From the human T2T-CHM13v2.0 reference genome, Homo sapiens: a stretch of 64,000 bases of DNA. Positions 16,114 through 35,851 of this stretch are shown piece after piece. Position numbers and translations under genes: made by a program. The notes beneath the pieces are model-generated. The model was given only the letters and a program-made list of their open reading frames with translations. It was not told the DNA's origin and searched no databases. Position 1 is the first letter of the stretch, and each line of letters begins with the position of its first letter. Location: NCBI RefSeq assembly GCF_009914755.1, contig NC_060948.1, one strand, 5' to 3'.

Positions 16114-16700
16114 GAAGCTCTTCCAAAGGAGGTAGCTTAGGAGCTGCATAGAATTTTGTCATAAGGACAAAGGAGAAACTGTGAACAAACACATAGGTAC
16201 AGCAAGTGTTGAGGATGGGCTGTGTTGTGTTCAGTGTTATCTTAAGGGTTGAGCTTCTGTGATGAAATTGAAATCAGATCATTTCAGGTGGTGCAACTTG
16301 CTGGTAAGCCATGGATGTTATTCTGTAGGCAATGGATGAATCATAGCAGGACTTTGCAGAATTATTAAAGAATATCAGTTTCATGATAGTAGAGGTTGGG
16401 ATAGAATACAGAAGATTAGTGGTGCGAGTTGAGATCTACTTATAGATTCAACTGGGTTAGAGATTGAGGAAATGGGGAAGGAATGAGGCTCTGCAGAGGC
16501 ATTGGAAGGATGATACTGATAGAAATTTGCAAACCGTTAGAGGCCAAGACAAGAAATAACCATCCAAAGTTGCAGTTATAGGTAAAACTGTCCAATTAAG
16601 AAAAGAGAAAGAGTTCAGAGGTGGGTGAAGGTCAAGATTATTAGATGCTTTGGAGATCCTTGGGACTGACGGATATGTTATTTATTATTTTCTTGGTGAT
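16114..16700 (-). mobile_element. Probable degraded L2 fragments (related pieces near 12760-12830 and 13140-13290)
   Basis: L2-like motifs tatttattgggcatctaccatgtgc and ttattctgtaggcaatgg; weak similarity. Confidence 0.4.
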
Positions 16701-16832
16701 TATAAGGTAATTAATAGAAATTTAGAGATTATTGTTTTTCCATATTTTCTTGTTTGGAGGCATTTTTTTTAACCTGAAATTGGCATTTCCTTTTTTACCT
16801 GAAACATATCCATTATCCAGACAGTTTCAGTG

Positions 16833-17161
<329 letters not shown>

Positions 17162-17399
17162 CTAATTATAATTCTAAGACCTATCTGTGTCCTGACCTCA
17201 AGAGCAGGTACAATTATTGAAAAACATTTCTTTAATTATTCCCAGTTCTCTTACACCTTTTTTTTTCTCACAATAGGCAGCATCCCCTCAGTTGTCCAGC
17301 TGACCACTGGAAGGGCTGATACCTCAGGAAACACATACCCTGCTAGGAGATTCTCCATAGGCCCTGACTTGTTTATTGCCCTGCTTTAGGTAGCTTTCT

Positions 17400-18300
17400 C
17401 CTTCCTCACATTCTGTTCTCCTAATTTTCTTCCACTGCCTAATAATTGAACTGACTTTTCTGACTGTCTGTTCCTCCTGCCTTTGCAGTTATTGTAACTC
17501 CATAAATGCCACCCTTGAGTCACTTCTCTTCCTTCCTTCCTACTGTCTCTCTTACTGGCCTATGTAGCCTTGCATCTACTCATGGTTTGATGATAATTTC
17601 CTTTGGAGAGACCCCAGGGGCCTATACGTTCTGCCCTCACTTCCCCTCCAAGTTTCTTCCTGCCCTTATAGCTCCCCTTTGAACAACATTGCCTATATGT
17701 TCTGCCCAAAACTCAATTCAGTGTTCCCAAAATTGTCTCGTCATCTTCCCAAGCTTACCCGGCTCCCTGCTCATAGCATCTCCTCTCAGTCCCTTATCTT
17801 GGGTTTGAATCCCCTCTCTTTCCCATCCCCAATGTAAATCACTTTCAGAAATAACAGTTACTTCCATTTCTTCTTCTGTGATACATCTCTAATTTCCTTG
17901 GTCATATGCTCCCTTTTTCTGTTACTATTTTAATCATATCCTGTCTATGACTTGTACACTCTCTAATCTATTTTTAAAGCTATTCTTCATCTTCCTATAT
18001 AATTGATTGTGTAAGACTATCTCATTCAAAATTCATCAACAAGTGTCCACTGTGCTACACGACCTGCCCCATCTCCATCGTCACAACGACAGTCATCATT
18101 TCTTTCCTCTGGATGGTATACTTCATCTTCCATCCAACCTGAGTTTACCTAGGAATCACTGCATTTCACCCTTGGTTTCTTGCTTTTTCTCATTCTTTTC
18201 AGGCTCTCTTCAACTTGGAATACTGCTACTATTCCATCTCCACACAATTTATTCATTACTGAGGGCTAAAATGCTGTTTCTTGCACTTCTCTCCCAGTTT
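17400..18300 (+). mobile_element. Probable degraded L2
   Basis: Pyrimidine-rich, with aaaactcaattcagtgttcccaaaattgtctcgtcatcttccc resembling L2 consensus. Confidence 0.4.
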
Positions 18301-18664
18301 CCTCGTTCTGCAGAACTAATTTACTGATTCCTCTCTCATCAGGGACAGTTCCTTTCCAAAATCCTACAACGTGGGTCCATGAAATCAGCTAGAGAAAAAG
18401 AGGGACAGGATGGAGGCTAGGATTATCATGGGCACTGACATACTGGCCTCTGGGGGTAGGAAGACTAATACTCCCTAGGAAGGAAGGAAAAGAACCTTGG
18501 AGAGGACTGTTTTATCTCAGTATTTCCCAGAAGCTCCAACAGTGGAGACTTCCCTGGGACCTTCACCCCATCTGCTCCTAATGAGCTTCCTGCCTGTGGG
18601 GCTCCACTCAGAACGTTACATCCGGTGATGCATAGGACACCATTTGCAGAAATGTGTGCATGCG

Positions 18665-18725
18665 TCCTGGCGTGTGCGTGCTTCCTGGCGTGTGCGTGCT
18701 TCCTGGCGTGTGCGTGCTTCCTGGC
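18665..18725. repeat. 18-bp minisatellite (tcctggcgtgtgcgtgct) x3.4
   Basis: Perfect copies at 18665, 18683 and 18701 plus a partial copy at 18719. Confidence 0.95.
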
Positions 18726-18949
18726 ATGTAAGTGCATGTGCACATGTGGCATTTACTGAGCATGCATGCATTGATGTGAGAATGTATTTTCTTCCTTTCC
18801 ACGATGAACTGCCACAGAATGGTTAAAGTTTTTCAGGGCTGAAAAGGTTGTTTTAGCTTGAATATGCACAAATATGTTTTTATTGCAGCAACTATTTAAA
18901 ATAGCTCTGAAAGCCATTATTTTCCCCATTCCTTCTTCCCCCCAAAATT

Positions 18950-21900
18950 TGACTCTTTATCCAATTTTCCATTCTGTGTCTTTTAATTGGGGCATTTAGC
19001 CTGTTTACATTTAAGGTTATTATTGTTATGTGTGATTTGATCCTGTCATTATTATGTTAGCTGGTTATTTTGCACATTAGTTGATACAGTTTCTTCATAG
19101 CAACCTTGGTCTTTACCATTTGGTATGTTTTGGCAGTGGCTGGTGCCGGTTGTTCCTTCCGTATTTAGTCCTTCCTTCAGGAGCTCCTGTAAGGCAGGCC
19201 TATGTTGACAAAATCCCTCAGCCTTTGCTTGTCCATAAAGGATTTTATTTCTCCTTTGCATATGAAGCTTAGCTTTGCTGGATATGAAATTCTGGGTTGA
19301 AAATCCTTTTCTCTAAAAATGTTGAATATTGGCCTCCACTCTCTTTTTGATTGTAGGGTTTCTGCAGAAAGATCCACTGTTAGTCTGATGGGCTTCTCTT
19401 TATGGGTAACCCGAGCTTTCTCTCTGGCTGCCCTTAACATCTTTCCTTCATTTCAACCTTTGTGAATGACTATTATGTATCTTGGGGTTGCTTTTCTCGA
19501 GGAGTATCTTTGTGGTGTTCCTTATATTTCCTGAATGTGAATGTTGACCTGTTTTGCTAGGTTGGGGGAGTTCTCCTGGATAATATCCTGAAGAGTGTTT
19601 TCCAGCTTGGTTCCATTCTTCCTATAACTTTCAGATATACCAGTCAAACATAGGTTTGCTCTTTTTACATAGTCCTGTCTCACGTGCAGAAATACACATA
19701 CACTCAAAATAAAGGGATGGAGGACTATTTAGCAAGCAAATGGAAAGAAAAGAAAGGAGGGCTTTCAATCCTAGTCTCTGATAAAACAGACTTTAACCAA
19801 CAAAGATCAAAGAAGACAAAGAAGGGCATTACATAATGGTAAAGGGATCAATGCAACAAGAATAGCTAACTGTCTTAAATATATATGCGCCCAACATAGG
19901 AGCATCTAGATTCATAAAGCAAGTTCTTACACCTACAAAGAGACCTAGACTCCCACACAATAATAGTGGGAGATTTTAACATCCCACTGTCAATATTAGA
20001 CAGATCAATGAGACAGAAAACAAGGATATCAGGACTTGAACTCAACTCTGGATGAAGTGGACATAATAGACCTCTACAGAACTTTCCACCCTAAATCAAC
20101 AAAATATACATTCTTCTCAGCACCACATCACACTTATTCTAAAATGGACCATATAATTGGAAGTAAAAAACTCCTCAGAAAATACAAAAGAATGTAAATC
20201 ATAACAAACAGCCTGTCAGACACACGTGTGATCAAATTAGACTCAAGATTAAGAAACTTACTCAAAACTGCACAACTACGTGGAAACTGAACAACCTGCT
20301 CCTGATTGACTACTGGGTAAATAATGAAATGAAGTCAGAAATAAAGAAGTTCTTTGAAATCACTGAGAACAAACACACAACATATTAGATCTCTGGGACC
20401 CAGCCAAAGCAGTGTTTAGGTGGAAATTTATAACACTAAATGCCCACAGGAGAAAATGGGAGAAGATCTAAAACCGACACACTAACATCACAGTTGAAAG
20501 AACTGGAAAAACAAGAGCAAACAAATTGCAAAGCTAGCAGTAAACAAGAAACAACTAAGATTGTAGCAGAGCAGAAGGAAAGAGATACAGAAAAACCCTT
20601 CAAAAAATCAGTGAATCCAGGAGCTGGTTTTCTGAAGATTAATAAAATAGGTGGACCACTAGCAAGACTACTAAAGAAGAAATTCAGAAGAATAAAATAG
20701 ACACAACAAAAAATTATACATGGCGTATCACCACTGATCCCACAGAAACACAGGTACCATCAGAGAATACTATAAACATCTCTATGGAAATAAACAAGGA
20801 AATCTAGAAGAAATGGATAAATTCCTGGACACATACATCTTCCCAGGACTAAACCAGGAAGAAGTCAAATCTCTGAATAGACCAATAACAAGTTCTGAAT
20901 TTGATGCTGTAATTAATAGCCTATCAACTAAAAAAAGCACAGGACCAGAAGGATTCACAGCTGAATTCCACCAGAGGTACAAAGAATAGCTGGTACCATT
21001 CCTTTTGAAACTATTCACAACAACAGAAAAAGAGGGAACCCTCCCTAACTCATTTTATGAGGCTGGCATCATCCTGATACCACAACCTGGCAGAGACACA
21101 ACAGAAAAATAAAATTTCAGACAAATATCCCTGATGAACATTGGTGTGAAATTTTTCAATAAAATACTGGCAAAGAGAATCCAGCAGCACATCAAAAAGT
21201 TTATATACCACGATTGAGTCGACTTCATCAATGGGATGGAAGTCTGAATCAATATATGAAAATCAATAAATGCTGTCCATCACATAAACAGAACCAATGA
21301 CAAAACCACACATGATTATCTCAATGCAGAAAAGGCCTTTGAAAAAATTCAATACTCCTTCAAGCTAAAAATCCTCAATAAACTAGGTATTAATGGAACG
21401 TATCTCTAATAAGAGCTATTTATGACAAAGCCATAGTCAATATCATACTCAGTGGGCAAAAGCTGGAAGCATTCCCTTTGAAAACTGGCACAAGACAAGG
21501 ATGCCCTCTGTCACCACTCCTATTCAACATAGTATTGGAAGTTCTGGCCAGGGCAATCAGGCAAGAGAAAGAAATAGAGTATATTGAAGTAGGAAGAGAG
21601 GAAGTCAAATTGTCTCTGTTTGCAGATGACATGAATGTATATTTAGTAAGCTCCATTGTCTCAGCCCCAAAATTCCCTTAAGCTGATAAGCAACTTTAGC
21701 AAAGTCTCAGGATTCAAAATCAAGCTAGAAAAATCACATGCATTCCTATACCCCAGTAATAGACAAACAGAGAGCCATATCATGAGTGAACTTCCATTCA
21801 CAATTGCTACAAAGAGAATAAAATGCCTAGGAATACAACTTAAAAGGGATGTGAAGGACCTCTCCAAGGAGAGCTACAAACCACTGTTCAAGGAAATAAG

Positions 21901-22192
21901 AGAGGACACAAACAAATGGAAGAACATTCCATACTCATGGATTTGAAGAATCAATATTGTGAAAATGGCAATAATGCCCCAAGTAATTTATAGAATCAAT
22001 GCTATCCCCATCAAGCTACCATGACTTTCTTCACAGAATTAGAAAAAACTACCTTAAATTTCATATGGAACCAAAAAAGAGCTTGTGTAGCCAAGACCAT
22101 CCTAAGCAAAAATAACAAAGTTGGAGGCATCAAGCTACCTGACTTCAAACTATGCTACAAGGCCCCAGTAACCAAAGCATGGTACTGGTACC

Positions 22193-22197
<5 letters not shown>
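18950..22197 (+). mobile_element. L1PA (about PA7-PA8) with inverted 5' segment (18950-19675 antisense) and sense ORF2 (19676-22197); 3' end missing
   Basis: Minus-strand ORF1 peptides MLRAAREKARVTHK; plus-strand ORF2 peptides [11 protein letters not shown] and LFADDM; ends at ggtaccaaaac. Confidence 0.93.
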
Positions 22198-22241
<44 letters not shown>

Positions 22242-22360
22242 ATATAAATTTTCAATATGTAAATATATAAATACATAAATATATTATATTATATTAATGT
22301 GTAAATATATATTCATATATAAAAATATATAAATATATAAATTTGTAGATATATAAATTC
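22198..22360. repeat. (TG)18 followed by TA-rich low complexity
   Basis: Direct inspection. Confidence 0.93.
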
Positions 22361-22832
22361 TGACATTTAGGTTTCCTTCTTCTTAGGAATTCCACCAAAA
22401 TTACACGAGTAACACTATACTAAATTTTTACCTACTATCATTAAAAAATAATGACTTACTCAAAGCTCTGACACTCATTAGAGCAGGTTGATATGGTAGA
22501 AAATTCTAGCCCTATGCAACTGGAGTGATCTTGATGCTAAGACAATATGACCCAAAACCTTGTCCTTTCCTTTTGGCTATATGAATATTTTCTAACTTTT
22601 GTGAACAAAATATGTCTCATTTTCCTCATGATGGTGTTTCAAAATGAATTGATGGGTGTTTTTCAGTTATTAGTGGATAGGAGCTCTCTTAGCTCAGCCC
22701 TTCAAAAACTTGTGTTTGATGTTGTAATTTTGTAAATTATCTCAATGTATGCCTATATGCTTACACACATAATCCCCTACCTAAAAGATCAACCTTAGCT
22801 TAGAATTTCTTCCTTTTTATTTTTTTCCTCTA

Positions 22833-23134
22833 TTTTTTTTTTTTTTTTTTTTTTTTGAGACAGGGTCTTGTTCTGTTGCTCAGGTTGGGGTGTAGGAGTA
22901 CAATCATAGCTCACTGCAGCTTTTGAGCTCCTGGGCTCAGGCGATCTTCCCACCTCACACTTCAGCCTCCCCTGAGAGCACAGGCATGTACCACCACACC
23001 CAGTTGATTTAAAATCTATTTTTTTGTACAGATGCAGTTCCTATGTTATTCAGGCTGGTCTCGAACTTCTGGCCTCTAGTAGTCCTCCTGCTTCAACCTC
23101 CTCAGAGTACAGGCATGAACCATCATTCCTGGCC
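22833..23134 (-). mobile_element. AluJ
   Basis: Poly-T, gagacagggtcttg, atcatagctcactgcagc. Confidence 0.9.
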
Positions 23135-23832
23135 CCTTACTATTTCTATATTTTACTTTTAGTATAAGTCTGTGAAAGAAGTATATTTCTCATAGTTTGT
23201 TGAACTGCGCAGATGATGATGTTGAAGGATCTGCACGATGGTTATGATGGTTGCTGTCATTGCACTACAGTGCTTTTTAAAAAACTGAAAATATTCATTT
23301 CTCACTAGAATAGTCATACAGGCATTTATTTGTTGCTTTAGAATTTGGAAACTTCTTTTTATATTCATAGTTGTATTTCATTCTGCCAGCAGATTAGGCA
23401 GATTCATCCTCTCCCACTTTCCAGTGGTAGAAACAGGTGTCCTGAGGCAGTGAAGTAGTTGTTGGAAAATCACTGTGGTTTGCTTTCCAGGGATTTTCTT
23501 GTCCTCTGAGTGCGAAAGTATCATAATACATGGCACATTCCCACAGGAAGTTTAGGGTGTGAAAAGTCAATGTATTAATATACATATGGGATCCACTTCC
23601 ACTCAAAGCAAAACACATTGAGTCAAGTATCAGAGCTCAGTGGGTGTACATGATGGCATTTAATTTTCCTAAATTACTTCATATAATTAATATACACTAA
23701 GCCTTTGTTATGATGCTACACATCATTTTTGGAGTCACAAGCTTTCAACCTTCATCTAACTAAAAGATGGATATCTTCATTTTATATTAGGTGGTCTGGA
23801 AGCCATAGTAGTGTTAAAGAGCACATAGGGAA

Positions 23833-24192
23833 TGTTTTAGTCCATTCGGATTGCTGTAAGGAAATACAATAGACTGTGTGGCTTATAAATAACAGACATT
23901 TATTGCTGAGTTCTGGAGGCTGGGAATTCAAGATCAAGGTGTGGCAGATTCAGTGTCTGGTGAGGACACACATCTTTGTTTGTTGATAGTGCCTTTTCCT
24001 TGTATCCTCATGTGGTGGAAGGGATAAGGGAGTTCTCTGAGTTCCCTTTTGTAAGGGCACCAGTCCCATTCATAAGGCTCCAACCTCATGACTTCATCAC
24101 CTCCCAAGGGCCTCACCTCCTGATACTATCATCTTGGGGGTCATGATTTCAACATAGGAATTTGGAGTGACACAACCATTCAGATCATAGCA
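23833..24192 (-). mobile_element. MaLR solo LTR (MSTC/MSTD/MLT1A-like)
   Basis: tgttttagtccattcgg...gttctggaggctgggaattcaagatcaaggtg...cattcagatcatagca; TG...CA ends. Confidence 0.85.
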
Positions 24193-24503
24193 GAGAGAGT
24201 GAGATGAGACTTGCCGAACTCCATAAAGCCATATGAATATTTTCAGTTCCAGTCCTATTTCCATTTTCAAATGTTGAGTTATGAACTTGATTGATGCCTC
24301 CTGGTATTTTTCAAAATGTTCTAGAGCTCTCATGATCAATATTAAACCTTTCCCATTCAAAGGACATGATTATTTTATGTGAGTAATGTGTTGCTATTTG
24401 ACAAAGGAGTACAACTATAAATAAATCTTGACTATCTTGATGTAGGAAATAAATACACCTGTCAAGATATACTATAATGCTTTTGTAGTCAAAACAATGA
24501 TGG

Positions 24504-24803
24504 GGCTAGCATTGTGACTCATGCTTGTAATCCCAGCACTTTGGGAGGCCGAGGGAGGTGGATGACTTGAGGTCAGGAGTTCGAGACTAGCCTGTCCTAC
24601 ATGGTTAAACCGCATCTCTACTAAAAATACAAAAATCAGCCAGGCATGATGGTGCATGCCTGTAATCCCTGATACTCTGGAGGCTGAGGAAAGAGAATCA
24701 CTTCACTCCAGGATGCAGGGGTTACAGTGAGCCAAGACGGTGTCACTGCACTCTAGCTAGGCACCAGAGTGAGACTCGATCTCAAAAACAAACAAAGAAA
24801 AAA
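24504..24803 (+). mobile_element. AluS (Sx-like)
   Basis: gaggtcaggagttcgagactagcctg; tactaaaaatacaaaaat linker. Confidence 0.92.
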
Positions 24804-25067
24804 TGGTGGATAGAATAGGATATTATTTAAATGAAAACTGTAAGGGGAGTTGTATGCTCTCAAATGTCATTATGCACAGTCTAATATGTCCCTTTCACTC
24901 TGCCACTCTACCTGCTAATTTGCTTCCTTAATTCAGACTTACCTATTAGGTTATTAGTTATAATATAGGTTGACAATTATGCAGCTTTTCTTCTTTACCA
25001 AGACCTGTTCCAAGTGCTTTTTATATTAACTCATTGGTGTCAACCACTCTACCCCATAGTAACCATT

Positions 25068-25525
25068 AGTATTAGTTTCCTATCTGTGCTGTGGTAACAA
25101 GTTACTACAGACCTAGTGGCTTCATACAGTTCTACCACTCAGAAGTCCAAAATGAGACTTAGGAGGCTAAAATCAAGGTATCATCAGGACTTCATTATTT
25201 TTGGAAGCTCTGCGAGAGGATACATCTCCCTACCTTTTCAAGATTCTAGAAACTTCCTACTTTCGTTGGCTCATAGGCTCCTTTCTCCACCTTCAATGCC
25301 AGTAGACTGAGTCCTTGTTCTGTCATCTTTTTGTTTGTCCCTCTTTTTCCCTTTTCTATGGGCACAGTGGATAACCTGGAATGATCTCCCAATTTCAAGG
25401 TCTGCTGACTGGGAATCTTAATTCCACCTGCCTCTTTCATTCAAATCCCTTTTCCATGTAAGACCACACAACCGCGCATATTAACACATGGGCATCTCAG
25501 GGGGACCATTATTATGCAGACCACA
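25068..25525 (-). mobile_element. MaLR LTR (MLT1D-like), apparently inside a MIR (24985-25065 and 25528-25612)
   Basis: gtattagtttcctat...cagaagtccaaaatgag...ggggaccattattatgcagaccaca. Confidence 0.75.
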
Positions 25526-25648
25526 CAGTTGTTATCTTCATTTTATAGCCAAGAAAGACAAACAGAGTTAAATCACTTACTCAGATTGTTGGTCTGCTAA
25601 ATGGTAGAGCTAGTTAAAATTAGGAGCATACGCAGGGAAGCTAGGCAG

Positions 25649-26430
25649 TGTTGTGATCAAGGCCCTTGGCCCCCTAAAGTTTCAATGAAAAATCATGGAG
25701 ATAATCAGTGACTATTACTGTCCACTCAACCGGGTTGCACAGAGGGAGAGAGAGACCAGGAGCCTGGCTGGCTGATGATAATGTCTTACCCTATTGCTAG
25801 CAGTGTTGGTTCCTGGGTTCTCTGCACTGTGGCTTTCAAAAGAACAGAGCAGCTTTGGTGACCCCACTTGTTGTGCCATAACTGTAGAGGCCAAGGCTTT
25901 TTATCCCCTAAAGTTTTACTGAAAAATTACTGACTAGGCAGACCAATTTACAGGTGAAATGACATACAAACATGCTTAATGCAGATACAAAGGAGCCTTC
26001 AGAATGAAGACGCAACCTCCCTGTGAGATCCTGAAGCTTATATACCAACCTGAGTTTACAGAAAGAGTGGGGGCTTGGATCCCAGTAATACAGATGATGG
26101 GAGGGGGAGAAGAGGAATTCTGTCGAGGAGATTACTAGAACGGAGATTAACTTGTAAATAACTCTTTTTGAAAATTAAATAATCCTTGAGGACAACCTTG
26201 GAAAACTGTCTGTTGAGGTGTGGTGTCATCTTGGTTTTTTTCTGCAGTCGATAAGGATATAACAGGAAGGGGTTAAAAACAATTATTATCCTTGTGGGAG
26301 TCTGTGTCTTAGGCAAATAAAGAAACTTCAGCTACTTTGGGAGAGGTAGTGGGAGAGGGGGAGGTTGGACTTCTTCAACTCAGCCTGTCAAAATGCCATA
26401 TTTTGGGGTATTGTTTTCTGAGCCTCAGCA
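25649..26430 (-). mobile_element. ERV1 MER39/MER34-like LTR (25883-26430) with adjoining internal sequence and PBS-like motif
   Basis: Terminus gccatattttggggtattgttttctgagcctcagca; ggagccttcagaatgaagac motif; the minus strand continues ttatggcacaacaagtggggtc past the LTR. Confidence 0.65.
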
Positions 26431-27303
26431 GGACTCATACAGTATTGTGGGATTTGGGGCTGAGCCATGGTGGGACAGATTTTCCCCTGAGATCCTTATG
26501 CATCCAAATCAGTAGGTGCCTGTTCACGTTCAACATGAAAAAACTGACACAAAGCAATGAGTAGGAAATTGGGGGGTAAATGTAATGAAACAAACGTGTG
26601 TTAAACAACATTTCTCCATAATATTAAACTAATGTGAAGAATTTAGAGTCAGGAATTTTTCTGGAAAGTGTAGGCTCCAACTTCCTCAGAGTATGATTTG
26701 TAGGATGCTCTTCCCCATTCACTACTCCACCCAACATTTCTGACAGTTATCAGAAGAAAGAGACCTGGTATAATTAATCAAACTCAAGACATTTAGGTCA
26801 TTGTTTGCTTGAGATTCATCAGGAGGTCTTCTAACCATGCTGCAAACACTTTAACTCATCAGGGCTTCACAGATGAATTTACTGATTCCACAAACTTGTA
26901 AATTGTATTTCCAGAGCCAATGTGAACTCTCTCAGTTATGGTTTTTGTCTTGAAGACTGTGACTTTCATTTAAAATGTTGTTTCAATGATGCATTTTCTG
27001 AACTCAATGAAATTATGAAGGGACAGATTTTAAAGTCCATAACGATTTTGTTTTATTAAAGCTGCCAAATATTTTTAATATGGTGTGAAGAGGCACAAGA
27101 AAATGTAAACCCTAGTTACCACTGAGACGTCCCATTGTTTAGTCATTTCAGCACCACTGCATAGACTTCCGTAATATGAGAAAGAGACTTAATATCCTAG
27201 TCATGAGGAGCACAGGGTTTAGGGAAAAATACATACACAGATATATCTATATGTTGATATACACACACACATATACATGCACACACACTCACACATACAC
27301 AAT

Positions 27304-28688
27304 CAGTGACTTCTTATGATGGTTCAACTAATGATTTTCAACCTTATGATGGTGTGAAGGCAATACACATTGTAGATGTCCACAAAATATTTAAAAAGCT
27401 TTATTCTGAGCCAAATACCAGTGACCTAGGCCTGTGACACAGCCCCAAGAGATCCGGAGAACATGTGCCTAAGGGGGTTGAGCATGATTTTATACATTTT
27501 GTAGGGGAGAGAAGTTACAGGCAGATATTCATCAATTCAAGGTATACATTTGTTTCTTCCAGGAAGGTGGCACAACTTGAAGCAGAGGATTCCCGGTTAT
27601 AGACAGATTCAGAGGTTTTCAAATTGGCTATTGGTTGAAGGAGTTAAGTTACCTAAAGACCTGGAATCAATAGAAAGGAGTGTCTGGGTTAAGAAAAGGT
27701 GTTGTGGAGACCAAGGTCTTATGCAGATAAAGTCTCATAGTTGGCCATCCTTAGAAGCAATAGATGACAAAAGTTTCCCATTCAGACCCTTGAAAGATGC
27801 TAGATGCTCATCTAATCACATCAAGATGAGCAAAAGACCAGTCAAGGGAAGTAAACCTGAAAAACTTGTTCACACCACTTTATCCCTCCTTGGATTAGAT
27901 AGTGTTTGCCTCATGGTTAGAAGATCTCCTGATGAATCTTGAGCAAACAATGCCCTAAATGTCTTGAGTTTGATTAATTATCCCAGGTCTCTTTCTTCTG
28001 ACAATTCAGGTAAAGAGTAGAATGCAGCTCTTCCTTATAAAAGGCAGCTTTGTGAGGCCATTTCAAAATATATGAAAGAAGTATATTTTGGGGTAAAATG
28101 CTTTGATTTCTTTTAGGGCCTGGTATCTATCATGTGATGTTACACCAGAGAGGTTGAAATTTGGTATCTTTTTGTTATCAAGTGTCTGTTTGGTTGGTCT
28201 TATGATTTCTGTTTTAATGTTAATTCTGGTCAGTTGTGCCCGAGTTCCAAAGAGAGAAGTGTATAGTGAGGCATGTCCAATCCCCATATCCCCTCATCGC
28301 CAGAAGAAGTTTTTCAGGATTAGTTTGGAATGCCCTTGGCAGAGAGGGTTTATATTCAGTTAACTGGGGACTTAGAATTTTAATTTTGGTTTACAGAATT
28401 CACTAGAGACTCTACATCCAGTACCCATATAATCATTCTAATTTGCACTTTTGGTACAGGATTCAATAAATTACATGAGATGCTCAACACTTTATTATAA
28501 AATAGACTTTCTGTTAGATGCTTTTACCCAACTGTAGGCTAAAGTAAGTGTACTGCACATATTTGAAATAGACTAGGCTATGTTGCATGATATATTTGGT
28601 CTATGTGATAAATTTTTGTCTTATGATATTTTGAACATATCATGGGTTTTTCAGATGTAATCGCCATTGCAGTTCCAGGAACATCTGT
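27304..28688 (-). mobile_element. Tigger5/MER47 DNA transposon split by an LTR; pieces 27304-27370 and 28396-28688
   Basis: aataaattacatgagatgctcaacactttattataaaatag...tgtaggctaaagtaagtgt; terminus gaacatctg followed by TA. Confidence 0.75.
27371..28395 (-). mobile_element. ERV1 MER4-family solo LTR (MER4D/B-like)
   Basis: tttattctgagccaaat...gagaacatgtgcctaagg; terminus cttagaattttaattttggtttaca. Confidence 0.8.
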
Positions 28689-28698
28689 ATGTATTTTA

Positions 28699-28745
28699 TG
28701 TGTGTGTGTGTATGTCTGTGTGTGTTTGTGTGTGTGTATGTGTGT
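28699..28745. repeat. Imperfect (TG)n
   Basis: Direct inspection. Confidence 0.85.
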
Positions 28746-28752
28746 TCTTCAA

Positions 28753-28850
28753 CTCCTTGGACAGATCTCAACCTTTCAGAGGCTTCGTTTTCTTCTTTGT
28801 AAAATGGGAACAGTGGTATTTCTCTTATGGAATGTCATTGTGGAGTAATT
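28753..28850 (+). mobile_element. MIR core fragment
   Basis: ccttggacagatctcaacctttcagaggcttcgttttcttctttgtaaaatggga. Confidence 0.6.
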
Positions 28851-29726
28851 TAGAAAAGCGTAGCATTCAACCGGAAACCTTCATAGCATTTATTGCCTGG
28901 AAAATGATGTTGATTTCTAGGGGAGATAAGTACTTTCTTATTTATCACATTTCATAAAAGGAAGGAACCTACTTTTCTTGAATTCTAAAACACATATGTG
29001 CATTGGGAATGGGAATGAGAATACACTTAGCAAAATGATCCCTCTGAAGACAATGGCAATGTGTTTGCCAAGGGGATTAATTAGACGTATTTTGCAATAC
29101 TGTTTATAGAATGGAAAACAAGAAATTGAGAGGAGGTAGTTGGAAGTGTGCACTTCTCTGCAGATCAGCCAACTGGCCTCAGTACTTTAGGTAAGGGATT
29201 TTAATTTGTCCTTTGGTTTACAGGACAACGCAGACTTACTGCTGTTTATATTCATCAAACACACATACCTGAGTAGCAGATCTCTACTCTCCCTTTAAAT
29301 AAGGTAATTCTATGGAACATTTTTGAAAGCCTAGAAAAATGTAATACAGAGGTGATGTGAAAGAAAATTACATCTATTGTCCTGTTATCCCTTGACTTTC
29401 TCTGGATATAAATGTTTTCCACATTTTTGCAACCTTTCTCTGCCTAAGCTTTCATTTTGGGGAAAACATAACAGTGTATGATTTTCTGTGTGTTTAATTC
29501 TAAAATTGCAAAGTTAATCCCACACCATTGTGGAGATAAACTTTTGAGTTTCTGTTTGAAAATTTGGGGATATGGAAATTGTCAAATACTGCTGATATAT
29601 ATGTTTAAGAGACCCAGGGGCATGAAAACATCTGGATTTTTAAATATATTGTCTGGTAATCATATAATACATCGTCCTACATTGAGAGGTAACTGTTTAT
29701 TAATCATAGTTTCTCTTCTATATTTT

Positions 29727-35652
<5,926 letters not shown>

Positions 35653-35851
35653 TCTTCTATAATTTTGAAAGCCAGCTTCATATTTCCTGCCCTAGGGGGA
35701 TGAAGTAAAGTAAGCAGTAGATCTAGTTAGATATATGTGTTATTTTGTTTAGCAAGGGTTAATTTGAATTTTGCCATTTTATAACAACTGATTGTGGCTG
35801 GGAACATGCTAATGGTTATGGTGACTGTATTCACTCTTTCTTTGCTTTGAA

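Noticed and set aside
18465-18826. ORFs with HARKHA / WRVRAS peptide repeats
   Set aside because: Translations of the 18-bp minisatellite, with no supporting gene structure
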